Shown here piece after piece: positions 15,636-31,500 of a stretch of DNA of 64,000 nucleotides (its first letter is position 1; each line of letters begins with the position of its first letter). The DNA lies in assembly GCF_009914755.1 (NCBI RefSeq), contig NC_060925.1, one strand, 5' to 3'. The translations under genes were made by a program, and so were the position numbers. Source of the stretch: the human T2T-CHM13v2.0 reference genome, Homo sapiens. The notes beneath the pieces were generated by a model. It made no database searches. It was not told the origin of the DNA and saw nothing but the letters and a program-made list of their open reading frames with translations.

Positions 15636-16961
15636 AAAGCCATCCTGCCTTAAATGACATGGCCTTAAAAGCCGAGTTATCCAATACAGTAGGTTAAGTG
15701 AAAAAGGTGCTGCCAGGCTACTGAGATGAAAAGAGCAGTCTAGGAACATTCATCTTATCTGGCAGTAGGAGATGTTTTCCACCAAGAGTTGTTAGTGTCG
15801 GCCAAACAAACTTACTTTCAAATCCATATTCTCTGAGAGCCTAAGTAAGGAACCGAGGTACCTCAAGTACTTTTGCCTGTGCCATTTCTGCATTTATTGT
15901 GTATCCAAAAAATGTGTTAGCATCCTCCTTTAGGAACACAAGGCAAGGAGACAGTCCACGTGTGGAAGACCTACATGAACATCTTACTCTGCTAGCCCTG
16001 CCTCCAAGAGAAGCAGCTGCAGCCAGCATGCAGCAGAAAACCAAACAGGCACCCTACAGCTGGGCGACTTGCTTCCAAAGGGAAATCAATTTTCCTTTCC
16101 TGTTGCCTTTCATATCAACATGCCTGGGAAAGAAGACGTAATGGCTTTTGCTCTGGAAAGGGAAATGTCACTCTAACACTTGTATTCACTGAATAAGAAG
16201 TAAGGCATTCTCATAAACAGTAACCTGATGCAGAGAATACTTCAAAATATGCCAGAGAATTGCAGATGAAGCTGCAAGATATCACTGAAATATGAAGTCA
16301 GCAGATCTGCAAACTCAGACAGAAATAAAACAGCTTTTTATCTGAAAGTTATGTGGTATTGAGAGTTTTTCCATGTTTTAAAGTTCTTCCACCTGACCCA
16401 AACCAACCACATAAGCAAAGAGCTACATATACCCCTGCACGATTCTCTACCTCTGAGGTTAATGAGTAAACTCAATCAATCCTGCTAAGAGTTTATATAC
16501 TCATTCTCAGAATATACGGCTTATTTAAGGAACCTAAATAACTGCAATGGGATGCCCAGGTCAAATTCAAAGAGCAGCCTTTGTGGTATCAGAGCAGAAG
16601 GCAGCAAAAAATAAACCCTTTAATGAGGACTGGGTTTAATGCTGATAGTAGCACTTCCTCATCTCCTTTGAGCTTTGGGGAAACAACTGAGAGAACTAAG
16701 ATTAAAAGACTCTAATAAATAAGGCTTCTCAATTTCTTCCAAAAAGACATACTAATAACAAAACACAAGACCACTGCAGAGGGTGCAAAAGTACCCAAAA
16801 CAGCAAAACTCAAGGCTACAATTAACAACCCAATTAAAACCAAGTAAGAAACGATATATAATCTTTATTATTTGAAGCAAAAATTCCCAAAGATGAGGTG
16901 CCCCAGGAGGTTTCCAATAAAAATTTAAAATCCTGTCTTTCTTTAAAAAACACACAAACTC

Positions 16962-17314
<353 letters not shown>

Positions 17315-17418
17315 TTAAATGTGAAGCTTTTCCAATTATATACAGTTAGCTTGTACACTGCCAACAGTTGTGTCTCTTCTACTCAGCAGGTTAAGGGAAA
17401 TACACTGCTCACTCTAAA

Positions 17419-17639
17419 CAGGGCTTCTCAACTGAACTACAATTAACATTTGGGGACAGATAATTTTTTGTTGTGGGGGGCTATCCTGTGCATTGTAGGA
17501 TATTTCGCAGCATTCCTGGCCTCAACCCATACAGATTCTAACAACGCAACCCACTGCTCCAGTGAGAACTACAAAAATATCTCCAGATACTGCCACATAT
17601 CCCCTGGGGAGCAAATATGCCCACAGTTGAGAACTACTG
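17419..17639 (+). mobile_element. MER20 (hAT-Charlie)
   Basis: TIRs cagggcttctcaac...gttgagaactactg; internal ggggctatcctgtgcattgtagga. Confidence 0.85.
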
Positions 17640-18489
17640 CTTTAAACAAATTATTTGCCTATTGCAGAGATTTCAAAGGGTTAAGCATCTGTGTTGCTTC
17701 ATGCAAAATTATGCTTCACTAATATGCAATCCATAAAACACCATTACGAAAACTATAGTCTGCCATGTTCTTTGTTCTCTGAAATAAACTAGACAAATTC
17801 AAAGTATTGCTTGAAACAGTAATTCCACAGATGTTTGAGGGTGAATTAGGAGAACATAATCAAATATCCTGAAAATTCTGTTGTTTACTGGCAAGTCCTG
17901 AAGCTTGCTAGGAACAGAATTACTCATAGGTGACCTGCTCTGGTCATGGGGTCAAGTGGAAGCTTCCGCTGTCACACAACTAAAGAGAAAACCTGGTGTC
18001 CACAAATGCCAAGGGCAAGGGAAGCCAAATGCCGATGAAACCAAATCCCTGATCTTGAAAGGGGAAAAGAATCCCTAAACTCACTTTCCCAAAGCATGGC
18101 TGTAAACAGAAAACCAAGTGGAAAAGATAAATGCAAAACACAAGCAGATGGGTAAATAAAGTGTAGTATACATACACACAATAAAATATCCAGCAATAAG
18201 AAATGAGGTACAGATATATGTTACAACATGGGTGAACCTTGAAAACATTATGCTAAATGAAAAGAGCCAGTCACAAAAGATTAGATACTATATGATTCCA
18301 CTTGTAATAAATGTACAGAAAAGACAGATCCATAGGGACAGAGAGCAGATTACTTGTTGCCTAGGGTTGCAAGAGTAAATACAGAGTAACTGCTATGGTT
18401 ATGGGGCTGCTTCTGGGAATGATGAAAATGCCCTAAAATTGATTGTGGTGATAGTTGCCAGTATCTGTGAATATTCTAAAATGCACTCA

Positions 18490-18493
<4 letters not shown>

Positions 18494-18554
<61 letters not shown>
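18494..18554 (+). repeat. (TG)30 microsatellite
   Basis: Uninterrupted TG run at the tail of the antisense Alu. Confidence 0.95.
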
Positions 18555-18555
<1 letters not shown>

Positions 18556-18875
18556 GTGTTTTTAAGACAGGGTCTCACTCTGTCACCCAGGCTGGAGTGC
18601 AGTGGCATGCGTGATCACGGCTCACTGCAGCCTTGACCTACCGGGCTCAAGCAATACCCCCCCCAACTCGGCCTCTCCAGTAGCTGGGATTATAGGTGTA
18701 TGCCACCACACCCGGCTAATTTTTTTGTATTCTGCAAAGATGGGGTTTCACTGTGTTGCCCAGGCTGGTTTCAAATTCCTGGGCTCAAGCAATCTGCTTG
18801 CCTTGCCCTCCAGCAATCCGCCCGCCTTGGCCTCCAAAATGCTGGGATTACAGGCATAAGCCACCATGCCCAGCC
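18555..18875 (-). mobile_element. AluJ
   Basis: Antisense dimer with small internal duplication (gcaatctgcttgccttg / gcaatccgcccgccttg). Confidence 0.85.
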
Positions 18876-19832
18876 AATTGTACACTTTAAATAGGTAAAT
18901 TATATGACATGTGAATTATATCTCAACAAAGCTGTTTTAAAAACAAACACACAGCAGCAGCAGCAACTGAATTACAAACTAACAAGAAAAAGCTCAGGCT
19001 TCACTACAGCCAAACAAAGGTGCATCTGGCTACGAAATTCACAAGGATGAGCTTTACCTCTGCAACTGAGAAAAACCACCTTTTAAAGCTGTAAAAACAC
19101 AGTCAATTAAACTAGTAGAGTTTTATTTCACGTAATGCTGAGAATGAAAGAGAGCCTTCTTTGGACCACGGTAATCTTTAATATACAGGAATTCTTGGTC
19201 AGGCTTACTATCTCTGTATAGCATGTTCAAAAGTAGATTAAGTTGGACAGGGTTTCTTTCAGTTTGCAAAGCTCTAAGATTCAAAGTAATTTGCAACCAT
19301 GGCACATAAGCTCTCAGCGTGTGATGAAAGGAAATGACAGGGTGAATTTTATATTTAACTTAATACAATTACACTTCACACCTATAGAAAAAAATCAAAA
19401 GCATTCAAAATGCACTTCTAATCCACAGGTACAAATTATATCAAAGGAAAAATGGAACCACAAAACTCATCGGAGCAGCTCTTTTAAACACTTAGAATCT
19501 CTAAGTCTAAGATAAAAGGCAAACTGGCTCTGACTAAAAACACAAGTCTCAGTCAAAATTCAATTTGCTGTTTTCTATGTCTGAGCCATTCTAACTGGGT
19601 GTGATTCTAGGTTGACCAAATGTATTAACCCTGCTCTCTCTGTTAACCTGATGTCATTCAAAAAGAAAAGCAGAAGAGCCACTAGAACAACTCAATTAAG
19701 ATGCCAGCAACTAGTAACTAACCAGGGAGGGCAGGAGAAGTCCCAGGACCTAGAACATAACACTTAAATGTAGTTATAACACTGATCATCAAATAAACAT
19801 CAATCTCCAGAGGAGATTCTGTCAGTTCCCCC

Positions 19833-20660
19833 ATTATTTCAGCAAATGTTTACTGAGTTCATACTAGGTGGCCTAGGAGCTATGTCCAGAACACACACAA
19901 TCTCTAACCTCAGAGAGATTACAATCTAGTGGGGGAGAGAGCAGACAATAAACAAACAAGTAGATTACTACAGACACAGTCTGTAAGTTGGCCATAAGAT
20001 GTGCTATAGAAAAAAAATAAAGCTGGGCAATGGCCATGGAGAGGTCATCAATTTAAGGTAATCACTGGCAAGGGATCACTGGACCTAAACGAAGCAAGGT
20101 GCAAGTTACATGGTTAAAGTGGGGGAAAGCATTCTGGGCAGAGAGAAAAGCAAGCACAAAGTTCTGACTCAGGCAGAAGCATGCCTGGCATGTCCAAGCA
20201 ACAGCAAAGGGACATGGTGGCTGAAGCAGTGAGCGCAAGAAGAATTGGAGATGGAGAGATAGCTCAGTACTTACTCAAATAAGGGAAAAGCCATGGTGGA
20301 GTTTTGCATAGAGAAGTAACAATCCGAGGTACATTTTAACAGACTCCCTCTGGCTCCTTAGGAAACAACTCAGGCAAGGTCGTAGCAGTGAAGGTGTTAA
20401 GCAGTGGTCAGATTCTAGCCCTCAGAAGTGGCTAACAGAGCGCACGTGGTGTGAGAAAAAAGGAGGCCAAGGAAGACAATAAGGTTTAAATCCAAGCAAC
20501 TACAGTCATTTACTGACATGCAAAGAGAACAAAAACTGGGAATTCTGTTGGAATGTATTAAGATGTATGTGTTGAGTGGTCAGAAAGCTCTGGGCTAGAC
20601 CTAAATCTAGGAGTCCTCAGTGCACAAGTACTAATAACCATGGGGCTGGATGGTATCAAA
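19833..20660 (-). mobile_element. L2a
   Basis: ttcagcaaatgtttactgagttcatacta...ttacaatctagtgggggagag...agcatgcctggcatgt. Confidence 0.7.
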
Positions 20661-21465
20661 ACAAACTACTAGGGATGAAATATTCAAGATGGCAAAGAAT
20701 GCTTTGCAATGAATATTATGGACAGGCCAAAAACGTTCTGTAAACTGCCAATGAAGTTGAAATGGTAGAATGATGGAAAGACTACATGACGATGCTCTGA
20801 AAAGAATACACTTTTTTATTCACAGAGAAGCCGTCTACATAGGAAACGGGTGCCTATGGACAACTTCTGTATTAATGATGTTACCAAATACTGCATTTAA
20901 TAAAATCCAAACCGCTGAAGTCCTTCCTGGCTGATTTCCACGCTAGAAGACACATAGGATGGAAACACCTCCCCCTGCTGTTTCACAGGGAAATACACCA
21001 GCTGTCCAAATGACTTTTGCCAGGTCCTTCTGGGCTAACGAATTAAGGAAGGAAAAACTATTTGAAAGATTCTTGCCTTGTAAATTAATTCTAAAAAGAG
21101 TTGTCAGATTTAAAAATTAGCTTTGTTAACATTTCTGAGGGCCTAAATTAAAATTTTTAATGTCCATGTGAAAAGAGAAAAAGAAAACATGTAGTGACTA
21201 ATTATATGAATTTAAAACAAAGTTCAACTCTAGAAAAAATGAAATTTAATGGGTTCGCTAGTGATATTTAGCTGGTACCACAATTTGAATCCGAAATAAT
21301 TCAAATAGAGCAACATTTATATGTCTCAGGAAGGCACACTGTTTTAAAGTAAGTGATATGAAAAGGTAAAACTGGATCCAAAATCTGTGAGCATTATCAT
21401 GAGAAATATATGATTACATCTGTAAGAGAAAGGGGAAAGCTGCTAGATTTAGAAAAAACATCTCA

Positions 21466-21950
<485 letters not shown>

Positions 21951-22539
21951 TGGAAATCTAATTTAAAGAGATCAAATTATCAAATTCTGGCTAATGACAG
22001 GGAAGATGTTTCCAGCAACGAGAGAAAATGCAGTATTATTCCATCACTTTCTATCTACTCCTGTGCAAACACATTTCTTCACTGCAAGTGGAAAAAGGAA
22101 ACTATGAAAAAGCAAAGAATGGCGCATACCTTCAAAAATGTCACTTAAAATTACTACTGCAGGTGTCAACAATAACCTTTATGGTTATTCAGCCTCAGAT
22201 ATACTTGGCTTCTGGACTCAATCAATATGTCAATCTTATTGTAACTTCACACTTTACAGTGTCTCCATGCAGCAACAGCAACAACAAAAAAAAACTCAAG
22301 AATATGCCAGCATCCTTGTATCAGATGTTTACTACCAAACAAACAAACAAAATCTTTAATACTATTTGCTCAGGGTAAAATACCAATTCTATCTGCAAAA
22401 CAAACAAACAAAGCTCTTTAAATATTTAATCAGCAGTAATTAGAATCGGAGGACAGAATGACTAGAATCAGATGGAGGGAAGAAAAGGTTTTCATTTCTA
22501 CCCTCCTGATAAGGAAAACAGCCATACATTCAAGAATAA

Positions 22540-22879
<340 letters not shown>

Positions 22880-23239
22880 TAATTTATTACAACAAGCTCT
22901 CAAGGATGATATAATGACCCCATATCACAGACAATACACTCCAGTCCTGTTTACCATGTAACATATTCTCTAATAAAAATTCATACCCCCTGACAATGCC
23001 TACCTGGGAATAAAAAAGAGAATGTCTTCAAGTCTATGTCATGGGTTTTCAACATAAATATGATTCCCCTCTAAAGCAAGCATCTGTCAAGATCTTGGAA
23101 AGAAGGTCATTACTGAGAAAAGCATTTATTTGTGAAATAAACAAAGGGCTCCAAAACAGAAGTGCCAAAATAAGAAAAAGTCAAGTATCATGTTTCTGTA
23201 AAAAATGGAGTGAAAAAGCTTAAGGCTATAATATTTTTT

Positions 23240-23577
<338 letters not shown>

Positions 23578-24835
23578 TTAGCTCCCATTTATAACAAAAC
23601 ATACCCAAATTAAATCTATAGCAAATGTAAAATGCAAGCTTTCATTAAATAATATGTGCAAAGTTGCAGCTTTTTCCATAGATCAATGGCCTAAGAGAGG
23701 CCTCATCTTGACATTTATAAATTATTAACACAGGCCTGTTAAATATCACAAGGCTAAAAGAGAGCCTTTGATTTATGGACCTGGACATTATCATCAGAAG
23801 GAAAGTAATACATACTTCTTTTTCAGGATTAAAAAAACAAAAAAACAGCTACGTCTTCAGAGGTTTACCAAATAAGTTTTCTTAAATATGAAAATAACTG
23901 AATAGGATCACACATACAAACAATAACTGTGATAACACCAAGCAGGACTGAAGGAGGCAGAGACTCCATTTCTTCCGCAAGCCAGCGGATCTCCCAACAA
24001 CACTTGTACTGGTCTTGTGTTGGCAAGGCTTAATCAATACCACACAGCTATTTCTTTCTAAGCTTCCATCTCATATAGTGTAAAATAAAGACAGTAGAGC
24101 AACTGCTAGATTAAATAAGGTCTGTATTCCAACTGTTTAAAGTCAAGTGCCCCAATGTTGACTTGACAAACTTCCTCAATTTTGTTGTCAAGGAAAAATA
24201 CGCATTTCATACTCCATTTTACATACTCATACTTCATTTTACAAGCAAAGTAATCATTTCATACTCCACAACCACAAAAATATCAGAAGCTCAGTTTGGT
24301 GCCCAACGTAAGCATATACTGAAGAACTCTAGTCTCTAGTGACCCTTCAGCTCACCTGGAAAAAAGGCAATATACACTACCAGAGAACATAAATCCCAAA
24401 AGCAACTGACAAATGCAACCTGGGAGGCTGAAATGTAAATGGAGCACACAGTTAAAACAGCATTCTCCAGAGAAATCCCCTTTCTCACTTCAGCAAACAG
24501 AGGTCTTCTCAAAAGCTTTCAGTGGAAAAACTGCCACTTCTGATTAAAGTTAATTTGATCAAATCCATGGGGCCCTGGGGGAATGCACAGATCCCTCTTT
24601 TCTCTCCTCCCTGCTTTACCTTGCACATTCTAAAGTGACTAACAATATGACTAACTGCCTAGAGACGTGCCATTTTCAGCAACTGGTAAATTAGTGTTTT
24701 TTTAAATCAGCTGGTTATGATATGTGCTGCTTTCTTCCCTATATATAGGCCTGTCACTTTCGATATAGTTTTAAATAAACAAATGACATGATATGATACA
24801 GATAAAAAGCATTTTTAGAATATCAGAGAGTATCA

Positions 24836-25263
<428 letters not shown>

Positions 25264-25492
25264 CAGGTTGAGTATCCCTTATTTGAAATGCTTGGGACCA
25301 GAGCAGTTTCAAATTTTAGGTATTTTCAGATTTTGGAATACTTGTATTATACTTACTGGTTGAGCATCTCAAATCAGAAAATCTGAAATGGTCCAATGAG
25401 CATTTCTTTTGAGCATCATCTTAGCACCCAAAAAGTTTTGAATTTTGAAGCATTTCAGATATCGTATTTTTGGATTTGAGATCCTCAACTTG
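25264..25492 (+). mobile_element. MER46A/Tigger4a (TcMar-Tigger)
   Basis: caggttgagtatcccttat...gaaatgcttgggaccag ... gatcctcaacttg TIRs. Confidence 0.85.
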
Positions 25493-26606
25493 GACTCTTA
25501 AGGTTTACACTATATATTACCATATAAAGGGTCTATGAAGTCTATATGTAAGAAAACTGTTCAACAAGTTAGTAATCAACAAAATTAAATACCCACAGTA
25601 AATTTCCCAGTGTAATTCATCTCCACATTACAAAACTTATAAATGATCAATGCCAAGTCTCTTCCTTAGAATAGAATGTGAGTCACAGATTAGAATAACA
25701 CAAATCTTACAATTTAACTGCACTTAACTATCTTAGGAGTTCTCAGTGGGAATCTGACATCTGTCACATCAATATGTGCCTTATCTACTGATGGGGTTTC
25801 AGAAAAGTAATCCAAAAAAGCCCAACTGACCTTTCTTTTCACCTTAGAGACTCAGCTCACATGAAGAACCATGTAAAGAATGATTCTGTCACAAAACATT
25901 CTTAAATGGCAAGCTGAAGGACTAAAGTAAGTCACATATTTTTTTACACTAAAAAAAAAAGAAGAACCTGACAGCAATGAGAGAGGTGTCACCTCCCAAG
26001 TGTGACATTAAATCAAAATGTTCATAAACTAAACTACCAAGAAGGAATACCAGAAACTCAAGGAAAAAGAGACTCTTAATGCCTAAAACCACCTTAGGGT
26101 CCCAAGGCAAAAGTATCTCTGCCCTCAATGAGCCCTCATCACAACCCAGGCTCCAAACTAGGGACAAAGGCAGAATCCCTCTGTGGTCCCCAGGGAGTTC
26201 CAACCACCCACAGGGATGAGTACCAAATAGGGCAGTTATTGCTGGTCACTAACTTGAACTGGAGGAAAACGTCTGAGGCAGTTCTGTGAATCTTTTTCTC
26301 CATTCAAAGCGCCCTCATTTGTCCTAGACCTCAGTTCCTGCTCTCTGCAAATGCCACCTACATTTGTCTCAGTTTTTAATATCTTCATTCAAAAACTTAC
26401 AAAGAAAAATCATGTCAGGCCCAATTTCCTCCTTCAAGAAACCACTCCTCCAGTCCTCCCTAAACAGCCTCCCCCTTGACTCTCCAATACAAGCCTTCTC
26501 TACAGATCCCCTGTGCTTGAGCTCACCCTTTCACCTTTGCTCATGCGTCCTTGCCACTAGCCCAAGAGGGGTTTTTGATAAATGCACACCATTCACATCC
26601 ACTTCA

Positions 26607-27016
<410 letters not shown>

Positions 27017-27159
27017 TCACAGGTTAGCGTTCTAACATAAGAATAACGTAAAAACCTTATTATTCACTAATTCATATGTTTCATGTACCATCTCCCCTCA
27101 CCCTTCTCTGTAGGGCTCCACTGACAGAACATACCCTTGTCCTTGCTAGTTTTGTAAAC

Positions 27160-27320
27160 ATGAGCTAGTCAATTTCTCTGTCTAGACTTCAGTTTCTTCA
27201 CTGACAAAATGAAGATAATAATATGACGTATCTCATGGAGTTGTGAGGAATAAGCAAAATAATCCATGCAAACTTACCAATCCACACAATGCTAGCAGAT
27301 ACAAGATGCTCAATAAACCT
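27160..27320 (+). mobile_element. MIR
   Basis: cttcagtttcttcactgacaaaatgaagataata...gttgtgagga...gatgctcaataaa. Confidence 0.7.
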
Positions 27321-27840
27321 CAACACTGCTGATGACAAACCATGTTATTCACATCTTTAGAATTCCACAGCACAGAGGCAAGCAATAAACATTTTGCAGA
27401 AAACAGTATCTAAAACACATCAATCTGGTCCCAGAAAAACTATTTGTTTGTATTGCTTAACAGGAAGAGTTGTTTGTTCTACTCAAGAAGCCTGCCTTGA
27501 CTCCTCATATCCCTCCAAAGGGCCTGCAGCCCTCCGGAAGCCTGGTTTCCCAGGCCAACCCTTCTCAGGCTGCAGAAGCATGGTCTCCTGGTTGCTGTTC
27601 AGATCCACGAGAACAGGAACTGTGCCACATTTACCTCTGAAAGTAATGAAATATTTGGTCATGAATAAAATCAATTTATTAGATTTCATTTTTCATTATT
27701 CACTAACAAGCTTTCCTCTTTTATAATCAAAGGGCACAGATTCTTAAGTAAAAACAATATGGTTTTCATTAACGTTTTTCTTAAATACTTAAAAAAAACA
27801 GGCGACTTTTGGGTCTTTTGTTTTAAAAATTAAATTATGG

Positions 27841-28199
27841 GGCCAGACACAGTAGCTCACGCCTATAATCCTAGCATTTTGGGAGGCCAAGGCGGGCAAT
27901 CCCGAGGTCAGGAGATCAAAACCATCCTGGCTAACATGGTGAAACCCCATCTCTACTAAAAATACAAAAAAAAAAAAAATTAGCCAGGCATGGTGGCACG
28001 CGCCTGTAGTCCCTACTCGGGAAGCTGAGGCAGGAGAATCAGGAACCGAATCGATTGAACCTGGGAGGCGGAGGTTGCAGGGAGGCGGAGGTTGCAGGGA
28101 GGCGGAGGTTGCAGTGAGCCGAGATCGTACCACTGCACTCTAGCCTGGGCGACAGAGCGAGACTCCATCTCCAAAAAAATAAAAATAAAAATACAAAAA
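27841..28199 (+). mobile_element. AluSc8/Y-like with internal 17-bp triplication
   Basis: (gggaggcggaggttgca)x3 at 28063-28113. Confidence 0.9.
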
Positions 28200-28390
28200 G
28201 TAAATTATAACTCTCCAACTCACATGCTAATAGTCTTTACATTCCCCTTTCCATTCCAACTTTCTCTAAAGAAAAAATGTAGAAATAATCATGTGTCCAC
28301 AAAACCACAAAATGTCTAGACATAAGAGAATGCTCTCAGATATTATTCCTCTTATAGCCATGTGACCCACTTAAGAACTTTAATCTAGGG

Positions 28391-28593
28391 CCATGCTGTC
28401 CAGTATAGTAGTCACTATCTACATGGCTATTTAAATAAATTTCAATTAAATAAAATTTTTAAAATGTACTTTCTAGGTCACACTAGCCACATTTCAGGTG
28501 CTTACTAGCTACATGTGGCTAGCAGCTACCACACTGGACAGCACAGACACAGAACATTTCCATTGCCACTGAAAGTTCTATTCCACAGTGCTG
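28391..28593 (-). mobile_element. MER3 (hAT-Charlie)
   Basis: ctagccacatttcaggtgcttactagctacatgtggctag...gaaagttctattccacagtgctg; TSD atctaggg/atctaaag. Confidence 0.8.
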
Positions 28594-31500
28594 ATCTAAA
28601 GCTAAATGTATGGTAAGTACAAATATTAAGATTCTCATTTCCTCAATAAGCCACTCTCTTTTAATCAACTCTAATAGCCTCAAGTACAAGAATATGCATA
28701 AACATGAACCCAGGGGACTTTATCTTTGACTCTCACAAAGGCAACAGATTACAATTCTTCTTAGGAAAGACAGTGAGACAGTCCCATAGCAATCTAAGGC
28801 TTTATTCTTCCATTTCTTCAGCAATTTACACAACGTGACCCGAGGAAAAAAGAGCAAGAAACCATTTTTTTCCACTACCTTTATCTATCATAGTCACATC
28901 TGCCAAGTTTTAGAATCACAGGTTCCATTATCTTACACCGTCAGCACTCTTCCTTTATAAATTCCCCTCTCCACACTGATCTTCTCTGACTCACTCAACA
29001 TATTATACCATCACTCTGAAATCAGGGCCTAGAGTCTCTGGCAGACAGGCTATATGTAATGACAGCCTGGGTACAATCTTAAGTCTACCCTCCCTCAGAG
29101 GATTTCCCAACCCTATGCAATTGTCATGTGGGTAGGCAGAAGGCTGCACATTTTTCTTCATAATAAAAACAAAGCTTCAATTTCTGTAAAATCAATAAAT
29201 TACCTCCGTATTTATAATACAGGATGATGGCAGAGTTCTGTTTTCTACAAAACTAGAGCTTTTAGGAGCACATGTTTTCAATCACTTATTTTTCAAGAAT
29301 GATTGAAATATCTCCAAGCGCTCCCTGAGAACTTCACTGGTGTGATCTGCCACTCAAGTTAATTATCACAGGCTGCTTATACACAGGAAGAGAGGAAGCG
29401 GGAAAGAACTCATGACCTTGCACAGGGATGTTTTATAAAATTCTCTAAAATTTAAACTACACACGTTTTTCCATAATGCAACACTATGGTACTGCCTTCA
29501 AAATAATCATCATGGAATAGCTGTTTTCTTAGTGATGTATGGGGAAGGTGGTAGCGGGTAGGGGTGCAAGAGATTCTGTACACATAAGAAAGGCAGTCAC
29601 GTGACACCAATGTCCTTTTCCTATACACCTGGTGGAAAATGGAGAAAGCCAGAAAAACCTGTTCAGTGATTATCATTCTGATTTTTTGGTTATTACTTCA
29701 CTAAAAGAAAAAAAAATACATCTGAGTATATGCATAAGTTGCATTTCTCTGGAGTACTTCCTTCTGCCCTCTGAGTCCAGGTACCAATGATCTCTGAGGG
29801 GAAAGGTCAGCCATCTGCCATGAGAAGAGGCCAAAATGTGGGCAACTATTCCTTTCTAACCAAAGCACTTCTGAATCTGAGAAAGCAAGCAAACGTAGTG
29901 TGGTGTATAAAGCAAATTCTCGCCCGGAATTCTAGCTTGAATGGAGAGGATTCCATAGAAAATGTTTCCAGAAGGACTCTGACAACAGAAAGAAGCAATT
30001 CAAGAACAAGGACGTAATGCCATATGGATGGGGGAAAGAAAGGAAAAGAAGGAAGACAGAGGAGGAGTCTGAGAAAATCTTAGTTCTTAAGCATGAGAAT
30101 CAGAACTGTGGGCTTCAGGGTAAAAAGGAAGGAGAGACTGAAAAGTAACATCTATGTTTAAATGGGTCCTTTAGAGAAAAGAAAGCACTCAGCTAGGATT
30201 AAAGGAAAAGAATTGTACCTCCTCAACTCCGTTTCAGAGTATAATAAACCTTACCAATTTAGAAGCTACACACCCTTTCACAGTTCACATTCAGCTCAGA
30301 CTGGGAGTCGGAAATTGAAAAACACTATAGCCCGGGAGAAAGAGACAGGTAAACATACAAAGGACTGAGACAACTGCTTACCACTAATATGGGTCAATCT
30401 CGCAGGAATACTTGCAAAAATAAAAATTACCAAGTGCCCTCTACGAATGCTAAATACAGGTCAAAATTTCCAATGGCTCAACCACCTGAGTGGAGAGCCG
30501 GAGAATGGGAGTCAGAAAGCATGTAAAACCATCGAGGTCCCGGGAAACAAATTTCCTAGGCTTTTAAAACCATTCGTCTTTTCTAACTTACAGAAAACGC
30601 AAACTGAAACCATTCAGAAATAAAACAAACGGGGCAGGGGGCAGGAGAGAAACGGCCAACAATAAGCTACTATTCTCCTACCACTTTCTCACTGGTGCAG
30701 GCATCTCCAAACCAAACCACTCAGAAATTTTATATACAAGGAATAAATCATAAGGATCTCATATAGGACTATTCATATACTAAATTATGTATAATAACCG
30801 GGGAGTCTTTCTCTTAATGTTTTTGTCAGGAGCTCTGAAAATGAGGTTTTAGAAGCCACAGCATACCTATTCATCTTAAAAGGTAAGATGGCTTGCTTTC
30901 AGTTTAGCTAAGCTTTCATTTCTATCGTAAATATTTGACTTTAGAACACTGAACACCATGGCAAAAGGCAAATATTTACTTAGCTTAATTATTCCATATA
31001 TACTGTTCTACTTCCCCTGTAAATACAAAATATGAGTTGAAACCTCAAATCATTAATACCTAAATTTGGCCACAGATTAAAGTGTGCTATTAAACATCTC
31101 AACAAATTGAGATTAGGTAACACTTTAAGTTCTATATCACAAGTCTTAAACTAAATCAAAAAAAGTAAATGAAATTTATCTATAATACTAGAGATCAACA
31201 AAGAAATTAAACTGAAATAGGTACTAACGCAATCACCACAGATTTCCACAGATCCCAGTAGAAATAAAGAAGTTTAATCTTTAGTTGAAATTTTAAGAGT
31301 AGCCATTAAATAAGTAGGACAGGAATGGAAGGCGAAATTGATTCTTTTATATCCTAATATTCATATTGAGAGATCTGGGCAAATATAGTAAGTCAACTTG
31401 GTTCTGGGTTTGAGAAATAAGCACTTAAGTACAATAAACTCCACACCAGAAATATTTTTGTATATTCTACTCTCATTTCAACATAACCATGCAAAGCCCT

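Larger units (their letters stand above)
18135..18942 (+). mobile_element. Old L1 (L1MB/MC-type) 3' end, split by an AluJ
   Basis: acaacatgggtgaaccttgaaaacattatgctaaatgaaaagagccagtcacaaaag ... tgtgaattatatctcaacaaagctg. Confidence 0.8.

Noticed and set aside
16338-16350. ttatctgaaagtt matching the arm of the 9558-9710 palindrome
   Set aside because: A single 13-mer in AT-rich DNA with no partner arm; compatible with chance
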